This document shows, one piece after another, positions 12,681-24,215 of a stretch of 63,853 bases of DNA. This DNA is from Lama guanicoe (taxonomy: Eukaryota), in contig MU053758.1 in the NCBI GenBank assembly GCA_013239625.1, positions 2,852,001-2,915,853 of the forward strand. Direction: 5' to 3'. The position numbers and the translations under genes are program-made. How positions within the stretch are numbered: position 1 is the first letter of the stretch; each line of letters starts with the position of its first letter. The notes below the pieces were generated by a model. The model was not told where the DNA came from and did not search any database. It saw only the letters and a program-made list of their open reading frames with translations.

Positions 12681-13969
12681 GAGAATGAGAAGACAAGTTG
12701 CAGGCTGAGAGAAGATACTTGCAAAAGATACATCTAATANNNNNNNNNNNNNNNNNNNNNNNNNNNNNNNNNNNNNNNNNNNNNNNNNNNNNNNNNNNNN
12801 NNNNNNNNNNNNNNNNNNNNNNNNNNNNNNNNNNNNNNNNNNNNNNNNNNNNNNNNNNNNNNNNNNNNNNNNNNNNNNNNNTCCAACATCATATGTCAGC
12901 TGGAAATTGCAGATTAAAACAACAGGATACTACCTACCACACGCCTATCAGAAAGACCAAAATCCAAAACGCTGGCAGTAGGAACTCTCATTTACTGCTG
13001 ATGAGACTGCTGAATGGAACAGCTGCCTTGGAAGATATTTTGGCAGTTTATTACAAAACACACCTTTACGGTGTGATCCAGCAGTCATGCTCCTTGATAT
13101 TTACCCAAATGAGTGCAAAACGTATGTCCTCACAGAAACCTACGAAAGGATGTTTATATCAGCGTTATTCATAATTGCTAAGACTTGGAAGCATCCAACA
13201 TGTCCTTCAGTAGATGAATGGGTAAACCAACCGTGGTACATCTGGACAGTGGAATGTTACTCATTGCTAGAAAGAAATGAGCTATCATGCCATGAAAAGA
13301 CATGGAGGAAACTTAAATGCATGTTACTAAGTGAAAGAAGCCAGAATGAGAAGGGTATAATATACTGCCTGATTTCAACTATACAACGAGAGGAAAAGGC
13401 AAAAGTATGGAGACACTAAAAAGCTCAGTGGTACAGATAAAATAGATAATAACACATTTCTGCTGTACAGCACAGGGAACTATATTCAATGTCTTATAGC
13501 AACCTCTAATGAAAAAGAATGTGAAAATGAATATATGTATGTATATGTATGACTGAAACATTATGCTGTATACCAGAAATTGACACAACATTGTAAACTG
13601 TACTTCAATTGAAAAAACAGAAAGCTCAGTGGTTACCAGGGGTTCTGGGGCAGGAGGGATGAGTAGGCATAGCGTAAGAATTTTTAGGACAGTGAAACTA
13701 TTCCGTACGATACTACAGTGGTGGATAGTTGTCATTATACATGTGTCCAAACCCATGGAATAAACAACACCAGGAGTGGACCCTAACATAAATAATGGAC
13801 TCTGGGTGATAAAGAGGTGTCAGTGTAAGTTCATCTGTTGTAATAAATATACCACTGCAGGATGTAGATGGTGTGGGACACTGTAGTGTGAGGCCAAGGT
13901 TTATAGGGGAACTCTGTACTTTCTGCTCCATTTTTCTGTGAACCTCAAAACTGCTGTAAAAAAATAAAG
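12681..13969 (+). mobile_element. L1 (L1MB-like) 3' region with degenerate ORF2 C-terminus
   Basis: The ORF track shows an L1 ORF2-like remnant, MFISALFIIAKTWKHPTCPSVDEWVNQPWYIWTVECY. L1 3'UTR ends in AAAAATAAAG. Confidence 0.85.
13433..13620 (+). mobile_element. Younger L1 3'-end fragment nested in the older L1
   Basis: GTACAGCACAGGGAACTATATTCAA...GTAAACTGTACTTCAATTGAAAAAA. TSD AAAGCTCAGTGGT at 13420-13432 and 13621-13633. Confidence 0.85.
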
Positions 13970-14225
13970 TTTAAAAGATTGTCAAAACACAACAAAACAA
14001 AAGAATAAGGTGCGACAGAGACCATATGTGGTCTACAAAACCTAAAATATTTTTTATCTGGCCTTTTACAGAAAAGGTTTACTAAGCCTTGGCGTATATC
14101 ACAGTTCAGCTAGGAGGGGAGGTGCCCAGTTTCTCTCTGATATCAGACCCTGTCCCATAGTTCTCCTGATCTCAGTGTCTCTCGTGGCAGAGTTCTTCTC
14201 ATGAATTTATTTGTTTCATTTTCAG

Positions 14226-14294
14226 GTATATGAGTGACCTAAAGCTGCAGACTAAAACGGAGAGAGAGCAGTGCCAACTGCAAGCCGGGCAAGG
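14226..14294 (+). other. WIPF2: WIPF2 exon 2, 5'UTR portion (non-coding exon 1 lies upstream of the window)
   Basis: Polypyrimidine tract and TTTCAG acceptor end at 14225. The segment runs directly into the ATG at 14295. Confidence 0.8.
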
Positions 14295-14357
14295 ATGCCA
14301 ATTCCTCCTCCCCCTCCACCACCTCCCGGTCCTCCGCCACCTCCCACTTTTAATCAG
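14295..14357 (+). CDS. WIPF2: WIPF2 (WIRE/WICH, WASP-interacting protein family 2), first coding exon
   Basis: Good Kozak context AGGATGC. Encodes MPIPPPPPPPPGPPPPPTFNQ, the verprolin-family N-terminus. Donor CAG|GTAGGT, phase 0. Confidence 0.96.
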
Positions 14358-14957
14358 GTAGGTAGCTCTTCCCCCCAGCTATCTCACAGCCTTTGTGGAT
14401 ACCTAGTGTACTCAAAGGCATGTGGTGTAAGAGGATGGAGGATAAGTAAGTAAAGTCTGTCTTCATCAACTAGTTCTCTGATTCCTGAGAAGTGCTCTTA
14501 GGACCATAATGTTTTGACTGTTTGTTTGTTTGTTTGTTTTTGTCCTGATTTAGTCTAAATGGGGATGTGGACAGGTGGCATTCAGAGTAGGAACTATTTG
14601 TTCTATAAATCTCAGTGTATCCTTTCTCTGACATCCCTGAGAAAAGAGATGGCAATTCCTAGTGCTTGTTTCTTGCTACCATTTCATCTCCTCTTCTGCT
14701 CCAAAGCCAAGTCCATCAAGTCTAACCATCCCCTTCCCAATCAAGAAAGAAAGGAGTTAATGGAATTAGTCAGAAGACTAAAGTTTCAATAATGGGAAGG
14801 GGGAAAAAAGCAGTGTGGCTTCTGAACCAAGAAGGCAGCCACCTTTACTATATCTGGGTTGTGATACCTGGAGTCACATGAGAAAGAAGGAACCTGGGTA
14901 CTCTAACTCATTTTTGTAAAATGTGACTTTAGAGAACAAACACCCCAGAGGGGTGTT

Positions 14958-14977
14958 TGTGTGTGTGTGTGTGTGTG
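14958..14977. repeat. (TG)10 microsatellite
   Basis: Counted directly from the sequence. Confidence 0.9.
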
Positions 14978-15479
14978 CTTAACAGATGAGAAATTTTGCC
15001 CCAAAGGGGAAGAGTGACTTACCTAGCTAATTTGTTTGTTTCAAACTGAGACTAGAGTTCAGGTCTGCCAACCTCTAGGTTTTTTCCTGTAACTTTTGGT
15101 GTTTAGACATTTTGTTTTGAGGATATGTAGGAATCCCCCTTTAGATGAACTTGTATGTGGAAGTCCAAAATAAGTGAAGTAGATAAAAGCAGAGGTGCTC
15201 TTGATACAGTGGGGTTCAGGGACCCATAGTATATTCACGCATCTCTGTTGCCTCTTGCACGACTGCCCTGCATCATGCCATCTTAGTCATCCAGCAGTAG
15301 CCTTTTGTTGGGGGTTTCCTGTGTGTCAGTACAATTTAGAAAAGCCACATAATTTTACTCTATACGTATATATTGTTTGATGCTTTTACAACCAGAATTT
15401 ATTTATATAATTAAAAAAGAAGGAAAATGTGCAGATAAGCAAAAAGAAGCAAGTAAAAGTCATCTATAATACCATCACC

Positions 15480-16210
15480 CAGATACGAAACAGTTTCTGC
15501 CTTCAGGAGCTCCCAGTGGAATGAGTGAGACAGACAAGTCAACAGGCAAAACTTGTGCTACGCAGAGATAAATGGGGCCACAAAGAAAGGCACCTGACTA
15601 GTGGTCGGAGGGAGAGGAGGCAGTCAGAGAAGGCGGCAAGCGGGGAGATAAGCCTTGCGCTGAATCTTGAAGGATGAGTCGAGTTTAGCCAGAAAAAGAA
15701 GGGAGAGAAGAGGGCACTCGAAGTTGAGCAAGCAGAACGTGGAAGGGTGCTGTTTGTGAGAAAGCACAGAGGTTTGGATTATTGCTTAAAGGTGGTATGA
15801 GGGGTATAGGCGGAGGGTTTGGATTTTTCTCACAGTGGTGATGGGGAGATGCTGAAGTCTCTTCATCAGGAGTAACATGATCGGTTTATATTAGAAAGAT
15901 CACTCTTAACAGCGTGGAGAGTGGATTGGGAGTTGAGACTAGAGACAGGGAGGTTGAGACTGGAGACGGAAGTCTTTTGCAATTGAAAATTGAGAGTCTG
16001 GACTAAAGCAGTGAGGATGGAGAGTGGGCACAAGAGACACTGAGAAAGTAAAATCTAACAGTCTGCTGACAGGGGGAAGAATGAGGAAGAGGAAGGAGAT
16101 TTGAATGACTCTGGTTGGGGGACTGGCTGAATGATGGTGCTATTTGAAAGAGAAACGGGTTTGTGGAGGAGGGTATGAACTCAGTTTTAGACATGTTTAG
16201 TTTTCTCTTT
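15480..16210 (-). mobile_element. L2 fragment
   Basis: Purine-rich antisense L2 motifs (GAATCTTGAAGGATGAGT, AGAAAGATCACTCT, AGTTTTAGACATGTT). Confidence 0.6.
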
Positions 16211-16345
16211 ACCAAAGTAATATGTTCAAGAAATGTATGAACTGTGGTAAGCAAAATGGAGCAGTTACCCATAATCCAGCCACTCATCACAGTTTTGTGT
16301 GCCCTTCTCTTCCCTCCCTCCCTCTGTATCTTTCTACTTTTCTTT

Positions 16346-16760
16346 TTTTTTAATTACCTTTATTATGATATGATACCTGGACAGTAAACTACACATATTT
16401 CAGAAATACAATTTGATGAATTTTGACAGATACCCATGAAACCACCACCACAATCAAGATAGCTGACATTTCCATCACTCCCCAAGCAGTGCATATTTTG
16501 AATTCCTGATTTATCCCTTCCCACCTCCTTTACCCCCAGGTAACCATAAGTTTGTTCTCTGTGTCTGTGAATCTGTTTCTCTTTGGTAGATAAGTTCATT
16601 TGTGTCCTTTTTTTAAAAAAAAATCCACATATAAGTGATATCATATGGTATTTTTCTTTCTCTTTCTGACTTAACTTCACTTAGAATGACAATCTCTAGG
16701 TCCACCCATGTTGCTGCAGATGGCATTGTTTTATTCTTTTTTATGGCTGAGTAGTAGTCC

Positions 16761-16812
<52 letters not shown>

Positions 16813-17043
16813 CGCGCGTGTACACAACGTCTTTATCCAGTCATCTATCAGTGGACATTTGGATTGTTTCCATGTCTTGGCTATTGTAAATAGTGTTGTT
16901 ATGAACATTGGGGTGCATGTATCTTTTTGAATTATATTTTCCTCTGGATATATGCCCAGGAGTGGGGTTGCTGGATCATATGGTAAGTCTGTTTTTAGTT
17001 TTTTGAGGAATCTCCTTACTGTCCTCCACAGTGCTGCACCAGT
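16346..17043 (-). mobile_element. 5'-truncated L1 with internal microsatellite
   Basis: Antisense L1 ORF2 end (MDYYSAIKKNKTMPSAATWVDLEIVILSEV) plus 3'UTR. 17-bp TSD TCTTTCTACTTTTCTTT at 16329-16345 and 17044-17060. Confidence 0.92.
16763..16818. repeat. (TG)21(CG)7 compound microsatellite
   Basis: Counted directly from the sequence. Confidence 0.95.
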
Positions 17044-18714
17044 TCTTTCTACTTTTCTTTAAAATAAAAAGAGGTTGTGCTTTATATACATAACTGATTT
17101 CTTATCTGCTCTTCTTACTCATTAATCCATCACGAATGACTTGTGATGTCATTAAAATAGTTAGTGATATCATTAAAGTTCTTTATTGTACTAAAAATGG
17201 AAAAAACTAGAGAATACCAATAAACATAGAAAATGTTGAACTACCTATAGTTAACCTTTGTTAACATTTTGTATGTTTTACATATTTATTGTAGGCACAC
17301 TAGAAAATAATACAGACAAACATAAATAATTATTACCCAAAATTAACTTTTGCTAGCATCAGTGTATATCCTTCCAGAAATTTTCTATATGTGTGTATCT
17401 TTTTTTCTTCCAAATATAAGCCAGCTACTATTTATCGAGCTCTTACTATATACCAGCCACTGGGTTGGGTTCTTCAAAAGTGTTAATTCTCAAAACTACC
17501 CTATGAGCTAGAGTCTGTTGTTACTCTTGTTCTACAGAAGAGAAGACTGGAATCACGCTGTGTGTATTGTTTTATAATATTTTTTTACTTGATGGTGTCA
17601 AGCATTGACTTCCATGAAAGCTGTTTACTTCTACATTTTTAAGCACTTGACTGGCATCCATTGTGTGGTTATACCATCGTTGTTCTTGGCTGAACTGTTA
17701 GGTTACTTTCAGCTTTATGCTGTTATAAACCAGTTTTTGCTATTACTGTCGTCTTCGTGCATGTCTCTAATTATTGTCTTAAAGTCGGAACCTGGAAGTA
17801 GAAGTCTTGTGTTAGGCTTTTGAAAGATTTTTAATACATAAATTACTTTCTAGAAAAATCATACCAATCTGTCTTACCCCAGGGAGTAGAAAAGAGTACC
17901 TGTTTTCCTGAATCCTTGTGCCCACCGCAGGATGGTTATTTCTGTATGTTTTTGAACATCTTCAGTGTGCCAGGCACTGTGCAAGCCAGTGGTCCCTACC
18001 TTTATGAAGCTAGCAATCTCTCTTTATAATTTGAACCTCACCAGTTTCATCTATAGATAATGATACTGTTTACACTGCTTTTTTTTTTTATTTATTATGG
18101 TTGAAATTTTTTTTCATATTTGCTGGCTCTTTTGACGTCTCTCACACAATGTTGTTTGCATCTTTTGCTTATTATCCTGTTGATTTCTAAGTCGTTTTTA
18201 TATGTTAATGCTCTAGAGATTTAGGACAGTGCCTTTGTTTCTATCATATGTTACATTTGTCACAGACAATTTTCCTTCCCATGTGTTATCTGCTTATTAT
18301 GTTCCTAAGTAATTCTTAGTAAGCAACTATGTTAATCTTTTCCTGTATTTTGGTTGTCTTGCTTTAAAAAGTCTTCCCTTACTTATTTTTTCCATATAGT
18401 ACTTCTGTGATTTTATTGTTTCTGTGATTTTATTTTTTTACACTTAAATTTTATAATTCAGCTAGAATTTGTTTGAGAGTAAAGTTATGAGGTAGGTATT
18501 TAACTTCATTATTTTTTTCTAAGAATTAACCAGTTGTTACACCTTGTATTTAATAATCTGTCTTTTCTGCCCTGGTGAAATACACTTTTACTGTTTCTTG
18601 TATAGAGCTAAGCCTGCTTATGGACTTTCTGTTTTGTTCCATTTATCTAGTCGTCTGTCCCTGTGCCCCTGTTGTAGCTGATCATAGGAACAGTTCACGA
18701 TTTAAGTGAGATAA

Positions 18715-18938
18715 ACACAGAGAACACACTTTACAGTTACCAGAGGGTAAAAGGGGTGGGAAGGGATAAATCAGAAATTCGAAATTTGCACATCTTGGGG
18801 AGTGATGGAAATGTTAGCTTGATTGTGGTGGTGGTTTCATAGGTGTATACATCAATCAAAATTTATCAGATTGTACATCTGAAATATGTGTAGTTTACGG
18901 TACAGGAATTATACCACAATAAAGGTGTTTAAAAAAAG
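18715..18938 (+). mobile_element. L1 3'UTR fragment (same subfamily as 16346-17043), inserted in a MIR-like remnant
   Basis: GGGAAGGGATAAATCAG...TTGGGGAGTGATGGAAATGT...AATAAAGGT matches the reverse complement of 16350-16560. Confidence 0.8.
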
Positions 18939-19316
18939 TTTAACAGACAATGAAAGTAATGTGCTTAGCACAATGCCTGAGATATAGTAGCATATAGTAA
19001 AATAAATGTTTGCCTTATGTTGATAATACACTTAGAGCATCAGATGTAGAAGCCTAACACATAGGTACTCAGTAGGTGTCAGTGCAGGCCTCCTATCAGA
19101 AGCTTCTGAAGAGGCGAGAGACCTATACCCTTTACAGTAGGTACCACACGAGAAGAAGTTCCAATAAGGATGATAATGGACATTGATGCTGTCGTTTGGC
19201 ATGTGTATCTTCCTAGGTTAGACAGGCATCTCAGGGAATCCAGTTGACTTATGACATTCATCGTGAGCTTGTGATGAAGGGGACTGTTTAGGGTGAACTT
19301 ACATTTCTCTCTTCAG

Positions 19317-19449
19317 GCAAACACTGAGCCGCCCAGGCTGAGTAGAGAGGAGCAGCGGGGTCGAGGTGCTCTCTTACAGGACATCTGCAAGGGGACCAAG
19401 CTGAAGAAGGTGACCAGCATTAATGATCGGAGCGCTCCCATCCTCGAGA
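19317..19449 (+). CDS. WIPF2: WIPF2 coding exon 2 (WH2 actin-binding domain)
   Basis: Acceptor CTTCAG|, donor |GTGAGT, 133 nt. Encodes ANTEPPRLSREEQRGRGALLQDICKGTKLKKVTSINDRSAPILE, including the WH2 KLKKV motif. Confidence 0.96.
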
Positions 19450-20152
19450 GTGAGTCTGAGCTTCTCTCCTAGTGACCTGGGGACCCCAGAACTGACTTGG
19501 AGACTAGGCGGGGCTGTCACTTTTATTGTTGGATCCTGAGTGGGAGAGTTTTGTCTTGGGATGTTCTTTGGCCGTCTTCCCATCTCTTCATTGGAATACC
19601 TTCAGAATTTCTGTTTGACCTTTGAGAAGCCTTCTTAGGGTCTTAAGCCCCCCATCTCCTACTGTCACTAGTGCTTTTAGGGCACATCCTTGGCTGCTCT
19701 GAGGAGACCACCACAGTCCTATAAACCACTCAGCTAAAGCCAACGATGATTTTGTAATTGCTACAAGTGTTCATTCTGGAGGGCCTCTGAGGGTTCTTCT
19801 CACACCTGGGTCCCTGAGCCATTAGCCTCCTCACCACGTGGGACTTGGAGAGGAGAGCCTGAAGAAGTCTGTTGAACATGTCTTTATCCTGGTTATCTGT
19901 CCGCCCTAAATAAAGGAAGGCTGGCTCCTCATTCCTTTTGTTCTCTCTGTCGTCACAGCACAGTTTCATCCCCAACCCCACGAAGCTGTGGAGCAGAGAG
20001 GCCCATCTTTCTATTTCAGTGGAAAGATGAAAGCAGTATTGGTTTGTTTGCAAATTTAAGCCCAGATAGAGGAGAGGGGTTTCTCCTCGGTATTGACTTG
20101 GTCACCAGCTTCAGAGCACATGAAATGAAAATCCTAATGGTATGCTTTCCAG

Positions 20153-20269
20153 AACCCAAAGGAAGCAGTGGTGGTTATGGCTCTGGAGCAGCTGCCCTGC
20201 AGCCCAAGGGAGGTCTCTTCCAAGGAGGAGTGCCAAAGCTCCGCCCTGTGGGAGCCAAGGATGGTTCAG
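20153..20269 (+). CDS. WIPF2: WIPF2 coding exon 3
   Basis: Acceptor TTCCAG|, donor G|GTATCT, 117 nt. Encodes (K)PKGSSGGYGSGAAALQPKGGLFQGGVPKLRPVGAKDGS, with the second WH2-like GGLF...KLR motif. Confidence 0.95.
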
Positions 20270-20613
20270 GTATCTGATAAGTACTTCCTTAGGCTATTTC
20301 CCAAGAGCATTCGTTTCTGCTGGGCCATCTGTGGTTGAGGAGTATGGCAAAGGTGGGAGAGGGGAGGAGTGGGAGCAGGGGCAGAGTTACAGGGTGGAAT
20401 AAAGCAAATCTGAGGGATTAAATAAAAATGCATTCAGCTTGTATTAGCAGTCTTTGTGACTGGGCCCAGAGCTCGGAACTGGGTTCAAACCCAGAACTGT
20501 ACAGGGACCTCCCCTGCAGCTGTGCAGGTTGCACTGAGGAGGCGGGGTGACATGGAAATGCTGACCAATGTATGTCTAGTTCTGTTGACCGGTGCTGTCT
20601 GGTGTATTTGTAG

Positions 20614-21267
20614 AGAGCCTAGCTGGTAAGCCAGCCCTCCAAGTCCCCAGTTCTCGAGCTGCTGCCCCAAGACCTCCAGTGTCCACAGCCAGCGGACGCC
20701 CTCAAGATGATACAGACAACCGAGCCTCACTCCCAGAACTGCCCCGGATGCAGAGACCCTCCTTACCGGACCTCTCTCGGCCTAATACCACCAGCAGTAC
20801 GGGCATGAAGCACAGCTCCTCGGCCCCTCCTCCACCTCCCCCAGGACGGCGTGCCAACGCCCCCCCTACACCTCTGCCTATGCACAGCAACAAAGCCCCG
20901 GCCTACAACAGAGAGAAGCCCTTGCCGCCCACGCCGGGGCAGAGGCTTCACCCTGGTCGAGAGGGACCTCCTGCTCCACCCCACGTCAAGCCACCTCCTT
21001 CCCCTGTGAATATCCGAACGGGANNNNNNNNNNNNNNNNNNNNNNNNNNNNNNNNNNNNNNNNNNNNNNNNNNNNNNNNNNNNNNNNNNNNNNNNNNNNN
21101 NNNNNNNNNNNNNNNNNNNNNNNNNNNNNNNNNNNNNNNNNNNNNNNNNNNNNNNNNNNNNNNNNNNNNNNNNNNNNNNNNNNNNNNCCCACCCACCTCA
21201 GCCTCCCCCTCTTTACAAAGTAATAGGCCACCTCCCCCAGCCCGAGACCCTCCCAGTCGGGGAGCAG
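20614..21267 (+). CDS. WIPF2: WIPF2 coding exon 4 (proline-rich region; contains N run 21024-21187)
   Basis: Acceptor TTGTAG|, donor G|GTAAGT, 654 nt. Encodes ESLAGKPALQVPSSRAAAP...YNREKPLPPTPG...RDPPSRGA, with the frame preserved across the Ns. Confidence 0.94.
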
Positions 21268-21344
21268 GTAAGTGCTTTTTTTTCCTATCATCCTGAGAGA
21301 TGAATTTATCTTTTCTCTTCATCCTTTCTGAACTGAAGAAGAAT

Positions 21345-23340
21345 TCACTTTCTCATTCAACAGATTTTTATGTGTGTCAGACTGTTGTAAGGGAAACAGC
21401 AATATATACAAAAGATAAAAAATCCTTTTTTCCTTGACAGTCAAGCAAATAAATTAGTAAAAAAAAAATGCATATACACACACGGACGCGTGCGCGCACA
21501 CGCACACACACACACAGAGTATATAAATGGTGTAGAGAAATACAAAGCAGAGAAGGGGATGGGATATACTGGGGTGGGGATGAGGTAATATTTTAAATTG
21601 CAGGAGTGAGGGTAGGGGTTGAGTCAGGGAAGGCCTTACGGATAAAGTGACAGTTTGGCAAAGACTAAAGAAAGTGAGGGAGTAAGCTAAGCAAGCCCTG
21701 AGGGCAGCAAACACAAAGGCCCTGAGACTGGGGACAGCAAGGAGACCGCTGTGGCAGGACAAGAATGAGTGAGGGGCAGACTGGCAGGACATGGTGGTCA
21801 GAAAACTAGATTCCATGGGGGAACACTGCCGGGCTTTGTGAAGACTTTGGGTTTTACTCTGTGTGAGATAGGGAGCCACTGTGGGGGTTGGAACTTGAAA
21901 TTGATTTACCTTTTGAAAAGGTGACTGGCTCCCGTGTTGAGAACAGATCGCAGAAGGAAAGGAGACCACTTAGGAGGCTAGTGCATTAAACTTGATAGAT
22001 GGGTAGGATCACGGCAGGTCTGGTGGAAATTGGCGTTCAGTTTTGGATGTCAAGTTTGAGATGCTTGGTAGACATCCAAGAGGAAATAACGAATTGGTGA
22101 TTGGCTATCAGACTGTGAAGTTCAGGAGAGGTCTGGGCTAGAGAGAGAAATTTGAAGGATATTGAGAACCATCGGTAGGGTAAGGTCACCTAGGGAGGGA
22201 GTGTGGATAGAGAAGAGGTGAGGCCTTCTTACTTGAGTGGTCAGTGATCAGAGTACTAAACAGGAAGCTGAGAAAGGGCCTCTAGTGAGGAAGAACGGAG
22301 GAACGCCAGGAGAGTGATGGAGAAACTCCAAGGTGGAGTGAGTGTCAGCTGGGTCCTGTGCTGCTGGGTCAGGTAAGTTGAAGACTGAGAATGACATTGG
22401 TCTCTGATCATGGGAGTGATTTTGGGGACACTCCCCCAAACAAAATGGGACCCTTTTGGGTAGTTTTAGTGGAGTGGTGGAGGAGGGAGGGTGAAGGTGA
22501 GGGTTCAAGAATGCAGGAATAGGAGAAGAATTGGTGAAGATAACAGTATCTAAATATAGAAATCTCTTAGAGAGTTTGCTGTAAAGGGGGATGGGGGCTC
22601 AGGTACATGGAATAGTTGCTGGAGGAGGATGTGAAATTGAGGATTGCCCCCCCAACACACGTGATGGGAGATATTTCAGCATCTGTTTGTATGCTGATGG
22701 AATGATCCAGTAGAGTCGGGGAAAACGGCCTGAGGAAAGTCACTGGGGAGGCAAGAAGGAATGGATTTTGATCCACAGGTCAGAGGTTGCCCTTAGATAA
22801 GAAAACAGGTAGTTCTTTCCTGGTGACAGGGGGGCAGGCAGAGCCTCTCGTGAAAGCAGGTGGGTGGTGTGTGTATGGTAGGAGCATGTGGAAGGTTTCT
22901 TCTGATTTTTTTTCCTTCAGTTTTCTTGGTGAAATTGAAAGCAAGGAGATACGCTGTGAATGAGGGGAAAGAAATAGATTTGAGGAGAGAGAGAAGAGGA
23001 CACTAAATGGTCATCTGGGAGCGTGGGAGAGTGAGTGGAGGAGGGAAGCATGCTCAGATCACCAGCAGCGCGAAAGGCCCACTTGAGCTCAGAGGCCACA
23101 CATGTAAAGTGAGAGTCCTCAGCTCAGCATGTGTTCAGCTGTGCATTTGCAGGTAGTGCGTTGGGGTCAGAGTTGCGTGTAACCAGGGTGAGCGTTTGTT
23201 AGGCACGTGTGACTATCAGGGAGAACAGGGCAAGGGAGTTCAGGGTGTGTGTAAAGGAGCGATTGTAACGAGGGACCCTGGTCCTAAACTGAGTAAGGAG
23301 GGGATCAAGGGACCCTGGAAAAGGTGGAAGAGGGTGTGTG
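21345..23340 (-). mobile_element. Long degenerate L2 (fragmented)
   Basis: Starts at a TCATTCAACAG L2 3' end. Includes GTTTGAGATGCTTGGTAGACATCCAAG and TTCAGGAGAGGTCTGGGCTAGAGA L2 motifs. Confidence 0.65.
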
Positions 23341-24064
23341 ACCTTACAAAGCAGCATGACTGGAAGTGAAGAATGAATGAGACCAGGAGGGCTCTCTGGG
23401 GCCTTCTTAGACTCAGGAATTTTGACTCCCATATTCTGTTACATCATTTGACTTGGAGCCGCACCCTCTGCAAATGGCTTTTGAGCTTTGCTTTTAAATA
23501 GTCAGTCCCTGCAGTTATAGATGAGGTCATTAATGAAGCAGGTATGTCATCAGGAAACTTGGATTAAAAGCCCATTAACTGAACTGCTGCTGAACGAGGC
23601 ACACAGAGAATTGTATTCAGGAAGCTGGCAGCCCACGTCAGGGAGTCCCCTGGGAACTGGGCACATTGCCCAGCCTGTGTCTCCCTGGCTTTACCTGTAA
23701 GGCTATAGTCCTAAAGTGACCTTTGACTTTACAAACTTTAGGGATTAAAAAAAAAAAATGACCCTTTATCTGAGCAGAGCCTGTCTCTTTCTAACCCCAA
23801 CCAGGAATAGAAGCGGAGAAAAATGTAATTTCTGTGGGTTGATCGGAGTTGTTTTAAATGTCTGCAGACTTCTTGCTTCCCACTCCTCAGGCCTTTCTTT
23901 GTGGTTTCTTTAGAAAATGTGAAGTTATGAGCCTTGTTCTGTTTGCTAGCCATCACCAAGCCTGAGGCCTGGCACGAGCCTCAGCCTGCTTTCTGTGTCA
24001 GTAACCAGGGCAGCAGTTCTTGAGAGTGATGCACTGAAAAAGAAAAAAAAAACATTTAATCAGA

Positions 24065-24215
24065 GATCTTTCGAACACTGGCTCTATTTGTTTTGTGATA
24101 TGGGGCGTATTCACTCTGAGTCTCTGAGTTTGTTTCTGCATCTGTAAAATGGTGTTCACAGTACCTTCAGAGGGGGTCGTAAATAAAAGAACACATAAAA
24201 GTGCTTCATAAACTG
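24065..24215 (+). mobile_element. MIR fragment
   Basis: CTCTGAGTTTGTTTCTGCATCTGTAAAATGG MIR core. Confidence 0.5.

Larger units (their letters stand above)
12575..14091 (+). mobile_element. MER58-type hAT element split by an L1 insertion (halves at 12575-12680 and 13970-14091)
   Basis: CAAGGGTTGGTAAACTTTGGCCC left end. GCGACAGAGACCATATGTGG...AAAATATTT...TGGCCTTTTACAGAAAAGGTTT...CCTTG right end. Confidence 0.75.

Noticed and set aside
12698-13419. ORFs of 158 and 110 aa
   Set aside because: These are frameshifted L1 ORF2 remnants, inflated by an N run.
15928-15971. Short tandem duplication GTTGAGACT(A/G)GAGAC (and TTCTGTGATTTTATT x2 near 18402-18434)
   Set aside because: Ordinary slippage duplications inside old repeats.
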